DNA from: Lachnospiraceae bacterium
GTDB taxonomy: Bacteria > Bacillota > Clostridia > Lachnospirales > Lachnospiraceae
Direction of reading: 5' to 3'
NCBI GenBank assembly: GCA_015057525.1
Contig: SVEE01000002.1
Coordinates: forward strand, 4,767-68,766
DNA: 64,000 nucleotides
Below are positions 9,769-19,587 of this stretch, piece by piece (position 1 is the first letter of the stretch; each line of letters opens with the position of its first letter). The position numbers and the translations under genes are program-made. A model generated the notes under the pieces. It saw nothing but the letters and a program-made list of their open reading frames with translations. It made no database searches and was not told the origin of the DNA.

Positions 9769-9811
9769 AAAAAAGAAAGCATTAATTTAACAGATTATGC
9801 TTTCTTTTTTT
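9769..9811 (+). terminator. Rho-independent terminator
   Basis: AAAAAAGAAAGCAT / ATGCTTTCTTTTTT inverted repeat ending in a T-run. Confidence 0.8.
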
Positions 9812-9933
9812 ATTAAAAACTTTCATTCAATGCTTGAGTTAATTTAATATAAGATATATAATAGTATATGTATGTTTAAAAATAGGATGACTATGTCTAC
9901 ATATAGATTAATATAGACAACTTGGAGGATATT

Positions 9934-11529
9934 ATGTCAGAGCAGTTTAAGAATGAAATAGAGAGAAGAAGAACCTTTGCTATTATTTCTCACCCAGATG
10001 CAGGTAAGACTACTTTAACAGAGAAATTTCTTTTATATGGTGGAGCAATTAATACAGCAGGTTCAGTAAAGGGTAAGGCCAACTCTAAATACGCAGTGTC
10101 TGACTGGATGGAGATTGAGAAGGAGAGAGGTATCTCCGTAACTTCTTCTGTATTACAGTTTAATTATGATGGGTATTGCATAAATATTCTTGACACGCCT
10201 GGACATCAGGATTTCTCTGAGGATACTTATAGAACTCTTATGGCTGCAGACTCGGCTGTAATGGTAATAGATGCATCAAAGGGTGTTGAGGCACAGACCA
10301 TAAAGCTTTTTAAGGTTTGTGTTATGAGACATATACCTATATTTACGTTTATTAATAAGATGGACCTTGAAGCAAGGGACCCATTTGAACTTTTAGATGA
10401 AATCGAAAATGTACTTGGGATTCGTACATGCCCAATCAACTGGCCTATAGGTTCAGGTAAGAGATTTAAGGGTGTTTATGATAGAAATGAGCAACAGGTA
10501 TCTATGTTTAAGGCTGTTTCTGTAGGTGGTGCTAAGAGTGCGGCTGAAACAGATTACGATGTTAACGACCCTGTTTTAAAGGCAGAAGTTGGTGATGAAT
10601 TGTATCAACAGCTTTTGGACGAGATAGAGCTTCTTGATGGTGCCAGTGATGAGTTTAATCAGGAGTTGGTAGATAAAGGTGAACTCTCACCTGTATTCTT
10701 TGGCTCCGCACTTACTACATTTGGTGTACAGACATTTTTGGAGCATTTCCTTAAGATGACTCAGTCACCTTTACCTAGAATGTCTAATGAAGGTCTTATT
10801 GAACCTGTATCAGATGCCTTCTCTGGATTTGTGTTTAAGATTCAGGCTAATATGAATAAAGCACATCATGACAGAATAGCGTTTATGAGAATTTGTTCAG
10901 GTAAGTTCGATGCCACGAAGGATATATATCATGTACAGAGCGGTAGAAAGATGAAACTTTCTCAACCTCAGCAAATTATGGCACAGGATAGAAAGGTTAT
11001 TGAAGAAGCCTATGCCGGCGATGTTATTGGTGTATTTGACCCGGGAATTTTCTCTATAGGAGATACCTTATGTCAGCCGGGCAAGAAGTTCCAATACGAA
11101 GGAATACCTACATTTGCACCTGAACATTTTTGTAGACTTGTAGCTCTTGATTCTATGAAGAGAAAACAATTTATGAAGGGTGTTACACAGATAGCACAGG
11201 AAGGTGCCATTCAGATGTTCCAGGATTATATATTGGGAATGTCAGAAATTATAGTTGGTGTTGTTGGTGTACTTCAGTTTGATGTATTAAAGTATAGACT
11301 TGAGAATGAATATGGTTGCGATGTCAGACTTGAACCACTTCCGTATAATTATATTAGATGGGTTAAGGATCCTTCCACAGATTTAAATAAGCTTAGAAGA
11401 ATAAGCGACTGTAAGAAGGTTAAGGATATGAAGGATAATCCATTGTTACTTTTCGCTAACGAGTGGTCTATAAGGCTTATGCTTGAGAATAACGAAGGAC
11501 TAGAGTTAGAGGATTTCCGTAAGAACTAA
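9934..11529 (+). CDS. prfC: Peptide chain release factor 3
   Basis: RRRTFAIISHPDAGKTT, ERGISV, DTPGHQDF, NKMD, GVLQFDV; ATG 9934 follows GGAGG. Confidence 0.97.
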   Translation: MSEQFKNEIERRRTFAIISHPDAGKTTLTEKFLLYGGAINTAGSVKGKANSKYAVSDWMEIEKERGISVTSSVLQFNYDGYCINILDTPGHQDFSEDTYRTLMAADSAVMVIDASKGVEAQTIKLFKVCVMRHIPIFTFINKMDLEARDPFELLDEIENVLGIRTCPINWPIGSGKRFKGVYDRNEQQVSMFKAVSVGGAKSAAETDYDVNDPVLKAEVGDELYQQLLDEIELLDGASDEFNQELVDKGELSPVFFGSALTTFGVQTFLEHFLKMTQSPLPRMSNEGLIEPVSDAFSGFVFKIQANMNKAHHDRIAFMRICSGKFDATKDIYHVQSGRKMKLSQPQQIMAQDRKVIEEAYAGDVIGVFDPGIFSIGDTLCQPGKKFQYEGIPTFAPEHFCRLVALDSMKRKQFMKGVTQIAQEGAIQMFQDYILGMSEIIVGVVGVLQFDVLKYRLENEYGCDVRLEPLPYNYIRWVKDPSTDLNKLRRISDCKKVKDMKDNPLLLFANEWSIRLMLENNEGLELEDFRKN

Positions 11530-11556
11530 TAGGTTTGGGGTATAAGGAGAATTATT

Positions 11557-14070
11557 ATGATACTTATTGATACGCAAAAAGAAGAATTTACAAAACTAAG
11601 GGATATTAGAATATTCGAAAAAATTGATGACGAGGACAAAAAGGTTAATGGGGACTTACTTGTAATCGGTCTTGGTGGACTGGGTAGTAAAGTTGTAACC
11701 AACTTAAAGATTATGCTTTCCGGTCAGCATACCTTGGAAGATAATATACACTTTCTCATGATTGATTCGGATATACCTGCTATGGAGCAGTCAATAGAGG
11801 ATAGTAAGGAAGGATTTGGTTTAAATGCTATGGAAATCATAAGTATTTACCGTCCTAATCTTGAGAATCTTCTTGCAAATGGAATTCAAAATAATACAGT
11901 CCATCCAAATCTTGCCAATTGGATGAGACCGGAATTCCCAACATTGTCCATTGGAATTGATGGAGCAAAGGGAAATAGACAGATAGGTAGACTTATGTTC
12001 TCTAATGCATACGAGGACATCAGAATTCTTTTGTTTGATAAATTAGAAGAAGTTAGAGCTAGGTCAACAACTGGCAAGCTTGATGTTATTCTTGTATCAA
12101 GTGTAGCTGGTGGAACAGGTTCGGGTATTCTTACAGATGTAGCCTATAATATTAGAGCTTTAGCTAAGGCAAGAAAGTGGCAAAATTTCAGACTTGGAGG
12201 TTGTCTTATTACTCCAGATGCACTTTTTGCTAATAGAAGTATTTCAGAGGATGAGAATCTAAAGGCGCTCCTTAATGCCAACGGATGTGCTACTTTGAAG
12301 GAAGTAGATTATTTTATGAGAGTCACTGAGAGAAATGATGGATATCTTTTCGAAAGTACAACTCATAAAATTGCAATTAAAGAAAATATATTTGATGCTT
12401 GTATGCTAGTTTCAGGTAAAAAAGATGAGCAGGGATACATTCCTGATAGTGTTATCTGCAGTGATACAGCATATTTCCTTTCTAAGCTTGCTGGTCATAA
12501 ATATATAGGTGGACAAGAAGGGGATGAGAACAGAACTCTTTTAAGAGATGTATTCTTTAATTCAGATGGTAAGGGTTATTATAAGATTATCAATGAATCT
12601 GATTACAGAGTTCCTGTTCGTGAAATGGAAAATATTTCAGAGTACGAGGTTTTTGTAGAAGCGTTCAAGAGACTTCATAATGCTCCTGTAGCCATTGAAC
12701 CAAATAGAAATCTTCAGGAATTAGAGTTGTTCTTATCTCAGGCTCCAGGAGATGCAATAAACCTTAGTGTGACAGGTCTTATTCGTATGGGACAGTTTGA
12801 AAGACCTGTTTATAAGCTTATTAAGAAGGGACAGGATGGTCTTAGAAGTTCTATGGGTAGAATGTTGTCTGACTTTAAACAGCAGATACCACTTACAGTT
12901 AAGACCTTGAAGAACCGACTTCGTGATTCATTGGATGATCAGCTTAATGAATATATGCAAAAATATGGTCCATATGCAGTTATGGATGTAATTGGTGCCG
13001 AGGGAATTGGCAATAACGAAAGAGATGGCGGAATGATTGCTCAGTTAAAGGCAATGGCTGAGCGTATAAAGCAGTATCAACCAACAAGTGAATATAGTCG
13101 AATTATTGAGTCTATTAAGGATATGGTTTCAAAGAAACTTTTTGCGTTCCCTTCAGCTAAGAAGGAGACAGAGAATGGTTACTACGAAGCTTGTATCAAG
13201 GAAACTCTTTCTACAGAGAGAAATATACTTATTGATGAGATTGATGGTCAGGATGTATTTGGTGATATGGCTCGTTATCTCAGACAGAAGGCAGAGCGTT
13301 TGGATGAATTATATGCTCAGTTTAGTGAAGACTTAAAGAATGCTGTTGAAGACTTAGCATTAAACGGTAAGAGAGTTGCCGGATATCTTCTTAAGGAAGC
13401 TAGACAGCAGAAATTCCTTCCATCAGATTATATTACAGAAGAGCGTATAGAAGAGTTTAAAGCTGGCTTGATTAGACTTATGGTTAATAATGAGTCTAAC
13501 ATTGACAATAGTCGTTTAGTTCAGGTTAAACCTGAGATGGAAAAAATATATAGAAATCTTCTTATTGGTGTGGGTATGTATGCCCCAGAGAAGTTTATTG
13601 CAGTTGCATTTGCAGATGAAACCCCTAACCTTCAGCAGACAAATATGATGTTTGTTTCACCTACTAATGAGGTTCGTGAGGAAATTATGAGTCGTGCTGC
13701 TAAGGCTTTTGTAGAGGGAGCTATCGAAAAGACACAGAAGAAGAAACTTTGTATCTTAAAGTCAGGATGTATGGGTATTCTTACAAACAAGAAATACATA
13801 TCCCTTCCTGCAGCAATGCCTTATTTCAGTAAGGGTGTTAAAGATTTACTTATTAGTGAGCCTTATAATGAGGCTGAGGACTCAATTACATTAAACAAAG
13901 GTGAACTTGAAATATCTGTAGACGATATGTTTGTTGGGGTTCCTCTTTACATGCTTGAGTGTGCAGGAGAAATGCAGAATGCATACAATGCGGTAGATCA
14001 GGAAACTTATTTTGGACTCCATTCAAATGAAGTTACTAAGGATATGAAGGGATATCCAAATATAATGTAG
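11557..14070 (+). CDS. Tubulin/FtsZ-like GTPase domain protein (Tubulin_2 / FtsZl1-like) with long helical C-terminus
   Basis: LLVIGLGGLG (GxGGxG loop), MIDSD, GAKGNRQIGRL, tubulin-signature-like VAGGTGSG, ANGCATLKEV; RBS AAGGAG. Confidence 0.82.
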   Translation: MILIDTQKEEFTKLRDIRIFEKIDDEDKKVNGDLLVIGLGGLGSKVVTNLKIMLSGQHTLEDNIHFLMIDSDIPAMEQSIEDSKEGFGLNAMEIISIYRPNLENLLANGIQNNTVHPNLANWMRPEFPTLSIGIDGAKGNRQIGRLMFSNAYEDIRILLFDKLEEVRARSTTGKLDVILVSSVAGGTGSGILTDVAYNIRALAKARKWQNFRLGGCLITPDALFANRSISEDENLKALLNANGCATLKEVDYFMRVTERNDGYLFESTTHKIAIKENIFDACMLVSGKKDEQGYIPDSVICSDTAYFLSKLAGHKYIGGQEGDENRTLLRDVFFNSDGKGYYKIINESDYRVPVREMENISEYEVFVEAFKRLHNAPVAIEPNRNLQELELFLSQAPGDAINLSVTGLIRMGQFERPVYKLIKKGQDGLRSSMGRMLSDFKQQIPLTVKTLKNRLRDSLDDQLNEYMQKYGPYAVMDVIGAEGIGNNERDGGMIAQLKAMAERIKQYQPTSEYSRIIESIKDMVSKKLFAFPSAKKETENGYYEACIKETLSTERNILIDEIDGQDVFGDMARYLRQKAERLDELYAQFSEDLKNAVEDLALNGKRVAGYLLKEARQQKFLPSDYITEERIEEFKAGLIRLMVNNESNIDNSRLVQVKPEMEKIYRNLLIGVGMYAPEKFIAVAFADETPNLQQTNMMFVSPTNEVREEIMSRAAKAFVEGAIEKTQKKKLCILKSGCMGILTNKKYISLPAAMPYFSKGVKDLLISEPYNEAEDSITLNKGELEISVDDMFVGVPLYMLECAGEMQNAYNAVDQETYFGLHSNEVTKDMKGYPNIM

Positions 14071-14086
14071 TACTATAAGAACATCT

Positions 14087-14123
14087 AGGCTGTCGTGTTT
14101 TTGACGCGGCAGCCTTTAGTTTT
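14087..14123 (+). terminator. Rho-independent terminator
   Basis: AGGCTGTCGTGT / ACGCGGCAGCCT stem (two G-U pairs) followed by TTAGTTTT. Confidence 0.75.
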
Positions 14124-14136
14124 ATGAGGTGACATT

Positions 14137-15012
14137 GTGAAAGAATTCGATGATGAAATAAATAAAGCTTTTAATAAAAAAATAAAAAACAACAGAAATA
14201 AGAAATATATTGTAATTATTTCTTGTCTGGCGATTGTTGTATTGATTGTTGTTTTGGTATTCATATTACATGATGATAAAACTATTAATTCGTCTACAAC
14301 AGAAGTAACAAGTGAACAAACAGAGGCTGTGGCAACACCTATGGAAGTTTCTACACCACAAGAACCCCAGGTGACAACAACTTCAGAACCGGAAGAAATA
14401 GATATATTAGAGGAACTGGGGATTGAAATTCCAGAAAAAGATTTGAATTTTGATGAGTTACATCAAGAAAATGAACACATTTATGCGTGGATATATGTAC
14501 CAGGCACATTGGTTGATTATCCTGTTTTGCAACATCCAACAGATAATGCCTTTTATTTGGAGCATAATATAGATGGAAGTGCAGGCTATCCAGGATGTAT
14601 TTACACTGAGCTATATAATAAAAAGGATTTTTCTGACAGAAATACCCTTGTATATGGGCATAATATGGCTAATGGAACCATGTTTGCTTCTTTACATTAT
14701 TTCGAAAATAGTCAGAATTTTGAAGAAAACCAGTATATTTACATATATACGGAAGACAAGGTTTACGTATATCATATATTTGCAGCGTATGCATTTCCAG
14801 GAATTCATCTTATGAAGCATTTTGATTATACAGATGACAAAGTGTATGAAGAATATCTTAATGATATTTTTAGTGGAAACTATTATGGTTTTATAAGAGA
14901 GGGCGTAGAAGTTACCATAGATAACAAAATAATTACTTTATCTACATGTATAGCTGGTCAGCCCGATATGAGATATTTGGTGCAAGGTGTATTGTTAAAC
15001 GAAGAAAAATAG
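14137..15012 (+). CDS. srtB: Class B sortase
   Basis: GTG start after GAGG; N-terminal TM anchor; YPVLQ..DN.FYL, NTLVYGHNM, catalytic TLSTC and downstream RYLV. Confidence 0.9.
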   Translation: MKEFDDEINKAFNKKIKNNRNKKYIVIISCLAIVVLIVVLVFILHDDKTINSSTTEVTSEQTEAVATPMEVSTPQEPQVTTTSEPEEIDILEELGIEIPEKDLNFDELHQENEHIYAWIYVPGTLVDYPVLQHPTDNAFYLEHNIDGSAGYPGCIYTELYNKKDFSDRNTLVYGHNMANGTMFASLHYFENSQNFEENQYIYIYTEDKVYVYHIFAAYAFPGIHLMKHFDYTDDKVYEEYLNDIFSGNYYGFIREGVEVTIDNKIITLSTCIAGQPDMRYLVQGVLLNEEK

Positions 15013-15023
15013 GGAGATATGAT

Positions 15024-15653
15024 ATGTCGAAGAAATATTATGCTGTGAGAGTTGGTGTAACACCGGGAGTTTATAATACTTGGGATGAATGTAAAGATAT
15101 GGTACATGGATACCCAGGAGCAATATATAAGAGCTTTTCTACAATGGAAGAGGCTGTAGCATTTGCACAGGTGGATAAGGTTGATTTATGTGAAGAAGAT
15201 TGTATTAAAGAAGAAGGTCTTGTGAAGCAGATTATTCAAGAAGGTTCCTATGCATTTGTTGATGGGTCATACAATATCAACACAAAGGTATATGGATATG
15301 GTGGCTTCTTAATCCATAATAACGAAAAACATATTGTTACTGGCTCAGGTGAAGATGAGGATATGGCTTCTATGAGAAATGTGGCTGGTGAAATTATGGG
15401 TTGCATGGCTGCTGTTAAGCTGGCAATTGAGTTGGGAATAAAAGAACTTGATGTTTACTACGATTATCTTGGTATTGAGATGTGGGCAACAGGTGCTTGG
15501 AAGCGTAATCTCAAGGGTACTATGGAGTACTATGATTATATGCAGAGCATAAAGGACATAATTAAGATACGTTTCGTTAAGGTAAAGGGACACTCAGGAG
15601 TAGAGGGGAATGAGGAAGCAGATAAGCTGGCCAAAACCGCAGTAGGGCTATAA
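15024..15653 (+). CDS. rnhA: Ribonuclease HI with N-terminal hybrid-binding (Cauli_VI/viroplasmin-like) domain
   Basis: KKYYAVRVG..PGVYNTWDEC...V.GYPGA.YKSF domain; RNase H residues FVDGS, AGEI, YYDY, VKGHSG..GNEEADKLA; ATG 15024 follows GGGAG. Confidence 0.88.
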   Translation: MSKKYYAVRVGVTPGVYNTWDECKDMVHGYPGAIYKSFSTMEEAVAFAQVDKVDLCEEDCIKEEGLVKQIIQEGSYAFVDGSYNINTKVYGYGGFLIHNNEKHIVTGSGEDEDMASMRNVAGEIMGCMAAVKLAIELGIKELDVYYDYLGIEMWATGAWKRNLKGTMEYYDYMQSIKDIIKIRFVKVKGHSGVEGNEEADKLAKTAVGL

Positions 15654-15707
15654 AAACACTACATAATTAAGTTAAAAATGCCACCTAACGTGGCTTTCAA
15701 CACTACC

Positions 15708-15737
15708 TTGACATTGGAAAAAACGTGTGTTTATAAT
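15708..15737 (+). promoter_or_regulatory. sigma-A promoter of the acc/fab operon
   Basis: TTGACA (15708-15713), 18-nt spacer, TATAAT (15732-15737). Confidence 0.75.
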
Positions 15738-15815
15738 GTTAAAGTGTGCTTCACAAGGAAGCAGTTTTATTAACTAAAAAATGGATATTAAATTATCCCA
15801 AAATGGAGATGAAAA

Positions 15816-16715
15816 ATGAAAATTCAAGTAAAAAAATTATTCCCTAAGAAAAAGGAAGAGTCATCAGAAATTACTGTATCAGTAGATGAAAAGTTTGTTA
15901 AGAAACCAGATTCTAACAAGGAAGATAAGCCTACTTCAGAGCTTACAACAACATGTCCTAAATGTAAGATGGAGTTTAACAAAGCAGAAGTTAAGGAAAA
16001 CATGAATGTATGTATGGCTTGTGGATATCATTACGTAATATCTGCTGAGAGAAGAGTAAAGTTCCTTGTTGATAAAGGTACTTTTAGACCATTAAAGTGT
16101 AAGGTTGCATTTGCAAATCCTTTGGATTATCCAGATTATGAGGATAAGATAGAAGCACTTAAGGATAAAACAGGCCTTGATGAAGCTGTGTATACAGGTG
16201 TTGGTAAGATTGATGGCATGGATGTGGTTATTGCTGTTATGAGCAGTAAGTTCCTTATGGGTAGTATGGGAATTGCAGTTGGTGAAAAGGTAACCAACGC
16301 ATTTGAATATGCAGATAGAAAAAAACTTCCTATTGTTGTATTTTGTGCAAGTGGTGGTGCAAGAATGCAGGAAGGTATCCTTTCCCTTATGCAGATGGCT
16401 AAGACTAGTGCAGCAGTTGAGAAGTTCAATAACAATGGTGGTTTATATATTTCCGTTTTGACACACCCAACAACAGGTGGTGTAACTGCAAGCTTTGCAA
16501 CTCTTGGAGACATTACACTTGCTGAACCAGAGGCACTTATTGGATTTGCTGGTCCGAGAGTAATTGAGCAGACTATTGGACAGAAGCTTCCAGAAGGATT
16601 CCAACGTTCTGAATTCCAGGTTGAGCATGGATTTGTTGATCAGATAGTTCCTAGAGACAAAATGAGAGAAACATTGGCTCACATTTTACGTCTTCACAGC
16701 AAGAGAGGTAAGTAA
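15816..16715 (+). CDS. accD: Acetyl-CoA carboxylase carboxyltransferase beta subunit
   Basis: Zn finger CPKC...CMACG; MGSMG..VGEK, SGGARMQEG, PTTGGVTASFA, GFAGPRVIEQT. Confidence 0.96.
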   Translation: MKIQVKKLFPKKKEESSEITVSVDEKFVKKPDSNKEDKPTSELTTTCPKCKMEFNKAEVKENMNVCMACGYHYVISAERRVKFLVDKGTFRPLKCKVAFANPLDYPDYEDKIEALKDKTGLDEAVYTGVGKIDGMDVVIAVMSSKFLMGSMGIAVGEKVTNAFEYADRKKLPIVVFCASGGARMQEGILSLMQMAKTSAAVEKFNNNGGLYISVLTHPTTGGVTASFATLGDITLAEPEALIGFAGPRVIEQTIGQKLPEGFQRSEFQVEHGFVDQIVPRDKMRETLAHILRLHSKRGK

Positions 16716-16717
16716 TA

Positions 16718-17659
16718 ATGATAAAAGAAATAGATGAAAGAATAATTGAAATTGATAAAGAAATAGAAGATATCAAGAGCAAAGATGTGGTAGATGAGGC
16801 TCAGATATATGTTCTCAAAAGAGAAAGACATGATTTAGTTAAAATGTGTAAGAATCTTAGTGCACACGATAAGGTATATGTTGCAAGACATAAGAAGAGA
16901 CCTAAGATCACTGAATATATAGATAATATATTCGAAGATTTCTTTGAGCAAAAGGGTGATGCATTAGGCAAAGAGGACGGAAGTATTTTCGGTGGTATTG
17001 CCATGTACAGAGGAGTTCCTGTAACTGTAATTGGTCACAGAAAGGGAAACGATTTAAACGAGAACTTAAAATGTAATTTTGGTATGCCTGGTCCTGAAGG
17101 ATATCGTAAGGCTTTAAGACTTATGAAGCAGGCTGAGAAATTTGGAAGACCAATTATTACATTTATAGATACACCAGGTGCTTATCCAGGTCTTGAAGCA
17201 GAGACTAACGGACAGGGAAGTGCCATTGCAGTTAATCTTGCTAAGATGAGTGCTTTAAAGGTGCCTGTAATTGCTATAGTAACAGGTGAAGGAAGTAGTG
17301 GTGGAGCTCTTGCAATCGGTGTTGCAAACAGCGTACTTATGCTTGAGAATGCAGTTTATTCAATCCTTTCGCCAGAAGGCTATGCAACAATCCTTTGGAA
17401 GGATTCAAGCAGAAGTGAAGAGGCTTGTGAGATGATGAAGCTTACTGCTCAGGACCTTAAGGAATTCAATGTAATAGATGATATTATTCCTGAGCCAATT
17501 GGTGGAGCACACCAGAATCCAAAGGCTATTTTTAAGACAGTTGACAAGCATCTTAAGAAGGAATTAGAGAAATATCTTAAGATGAGCCCAGAGGAATTAA
17601 GCAAACATAGATACAAAAAGTTTAGAAATATAGATTCCCAGTATTTGAAATTTTTATAA
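16718..17659 (+). CDS. accA: Acetyl-CoA carboxylase carboxyltransferase alpha subunit
   Basis: FGMPGPEGYRKALR, FIDTPGAYPG, GEGSSGGALA, YSILSPEG. Confidence 0.96.
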   Translation: MIKEIDERIIEIDKEIEDIKSKDVVDEAQIYVLKRERHDLVKMCKNLSAHDKVYVARHKKRPKITEYIDNIFEDFFEQKGDALGKEDGSIFGGIAMYRGVPVTVIGHRKGNDLNENLKCNFGMPGPEGYRKALRLMKQAEKFGRPIITFIDTPGAYPGLEAETNGQGSAIAVNLAKMSALKVPVIAIVTGEGSSGGALAIGVANSVLMLENAVYSILSPEGYATILWKDSSRSEEACEMMKLTAQDLKEFNVIDDIIPEPIGGAHQNPKAIFKTVDKHLKKELEKYLKMSPEELSKHRYKKFRNIDSQYLKFL

Positions 17660-17682
17660 TACAGGGTTAATGAGGAGAGATT

Positions 17683-18621
17683 ATGCAGATTAAAGAAGGA
17701 CTTCGCATTATAGGGACGGGTCACTACGTTCCTGATAATGTAGTTACAAATGATGATTTAAGTAAAATAGTTGATACAAATGATGAGTGGATTTCAAGTA
17801 GAACGGGAATAAGAAAGAGACATTTTCTCACTACAGAGAAGAATCAGGATATGGCTATTGCAGCAGCTAAGATGGCTCTTGAGAATTCAGGTATTGATAA
17901 GAACGAATTAGGTGCTTGTATAGTTGCTACAGTTAGACCTGATAACTACACTCCATCTGTTGCATGCATGGTTCAGAAATATTTAGAACTTCCAACTGAT
18001 ATGCCAAGCTTTGATATTAACGCAGCTTGTTCAGGTTTTATGTTTGGTATTCAGATAGCAAGAGGCTTGCTTATGCAGAGTGGAAAGAAATATGCGCTTA
18101 TAGTAGGAAGTGAGACTCTTTCAAAGCTTCTTGATATGACAGACAGAGGAAGTTGTATACTTTTCGGAGATGGAGCAGGTGCAGCGGTTATCGAGCTGAC
18201 AGACAATAAATATTATAGTGTTCTTGGAACAAAGGGTCATGAGGATGCAATTCGTTGTTCTACTGATGATGGTGAACATTTAAGTATGTTAGGAAGCGAT
18301 GTGTTTAAGTTCGCTGTTAGTACAGTTCCAAAGACTATTAACCAGCTTCTTGATAAGGCTGGTCTTACTGCAGATGACATTGACTTATATATCTGTCACC
18401 AGGCAAATTTAAGAATAATAGAATCAGTTGCCAAGAAGATTAATCAAAGCTTAGATAAATTCTATGTAAATCTTGATGAATACGGAAATACTTCTTCAGC
18501 AAGTATTCCAATAGCATTGAGTGAGATGAATCAAAAGGGATTAATCAAGCCAGGGATGAAAACAATTTGTGTTGGTTTTGGCAGTGGCCTCACTTGGGGT
18601 GGAGCATATATAGAGTGGTAA
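17683..18621 (+). CDS. fabH: Beta-ketoacyl-ACP synthase III
   Basis: Catalytic triad motifs INAACSGF, CHQAN, YGNTSSAS; FGDGAGA. Confidence 0.96.
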   Translation: MQIKEGLRIIGTGHYVPDNVVTNDDLSKIVDTNDEWISSRTGIRKRHFLTTEKNQDMAIAAAKMALENSGIDKNELGACIVATVRPDNYTPSVACMVQKYLELPTDMPSFDINAACSGFMFGIQIARGLLMQSGKKYALIVGSETLSKLLDMTDRGSCILFGDGAGAAVIELTDNKYYSVLGTKGHEDAIRCSTDDGEHLSMLGSDVFKFAVSTVPKTINQLLDKAGLTADDIDLYICHQANLRIIESVAKKINQSLDKFYVNLDEYGNTSSASIPIALSEMNQKGLIKPGMKTICVGFGSGLTWGGAYIEW

Positions 18622-18633
18622 GGAGAGTACATA

Positions 18634-19560
18634 ATGAAGTTAAATGAGTTTTTAAATATCAAATATCCTATTATTCAGGGTGGTATGGCAAATATTGCAA
18701 CAGGGGAGTTTGCAGCAGCAGTTTCTAATGCAGGTGGGCTTGGTCTTATTGCATCAGGTGGATTTGACGCAGAGAGAATCAGAGAAGAAATCAAGATTTG
18801 TAGAGCAAAAACAGATAAGCCATTTGGTGTTAACTTAATGCTTATGAATCCTGATGTAGACAATATAGCTAAGATGCTTGTTGAGGAGAAAGTTGATGTA
18901 ATTACAACAGGTGCAGGTAGTCCTGAAAAATACGTTGCTGATTGGAAGGCAGTTGGAACAAAGGTTATTCCTGTAGTTGCAAGTGTTGCACTTGCAAAGC
19001 GTATGGAGAGAATGGGCGTTGATGCAGTAATTGCTGAAGGTGGCGAGAGTGGTGGACATGTTGGTGAAATGACTACTATGGCTCTTGTTCCTATGGTTGT
19101 AGATGCTGTAGAAATTCCTGTAATTGCAGCAGGTGGTATTGCGGACGGACGACAGATGGTTGCAGCCATGGCTCTTGGTGCAATTGGTGTTCAGGTTGGT
19201 ACATGTCTTCTTGTCAGTGAGGAGTGTCCAATCCATGAGAATTATAAGCTTGCTGTTATTAAGGCAAAGGATAATGGAACAGCTGTAACAGGACGTTCAG
19301 CAGGAGCTCCTGTTCGTGTAATAAAGAATAATATGACTAGAGAGTACCTTAAGATGGAGGGTCAGGGTGTTTCGAGAGACGAGCTTGAGATGCTTACACT
19401 TGGTTCACTTAGAAAGGCTGTTCTTGAGGGTGATACAAAGAATGGTTCTCTTATGGCAGGTCAGGTATGTGGTTTAATTAAGGAGATTAAGCCGGTAGCT
19501 GCAATCTTAGAGGAAATGTACCAGGGTGCAAAAAAAGAACTTGCTAACCTTTCAATATAA
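18634..19560 (+). CDS. fabK: Enoyl-ACP reductase II (FMN-dependent)
   Basis: YPIIQGGMA, AEGGESGGH, IAAGGIADG, MAGQV; position within the fab cluster. Confidence 0.93.
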   Translation: MKLNEFLNIKYPIIQGGMANIATGEFAAAVSNAGGLGLIASGGFDAERIREEIKICRAKTDKPFGVNLMLMNPDVDNIAKMLVEEKVDVITTGAGSPEKYVADWKAVGTKVIPVVASVALAKRMERMGVDAVIAEGGESGGHVGEMTTMALVPMVVDAVEIPVIAAGGIADGRQMVAAMALGAIGVQVGTCLLVSEECPIHENYKLAVIKAKDNGTAVTGRSAGAPVRVIKNNMTREYLKMEGQGVSRDELEMLTLGSLRKAVLEGDTKNGSLMAGQVCGLIKEIKPVAAILEEMYQGAKKELANLSI

Positions 19561-19587
19561 ATTTTGTTTATGCTTTAGGAGGACAAT

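Noticed and set aside
15737-15756. Rex operator at the fab promoter (right half TTCACAA)
   Set aside because: The left half-site does not match at the required 4-nt spacing.
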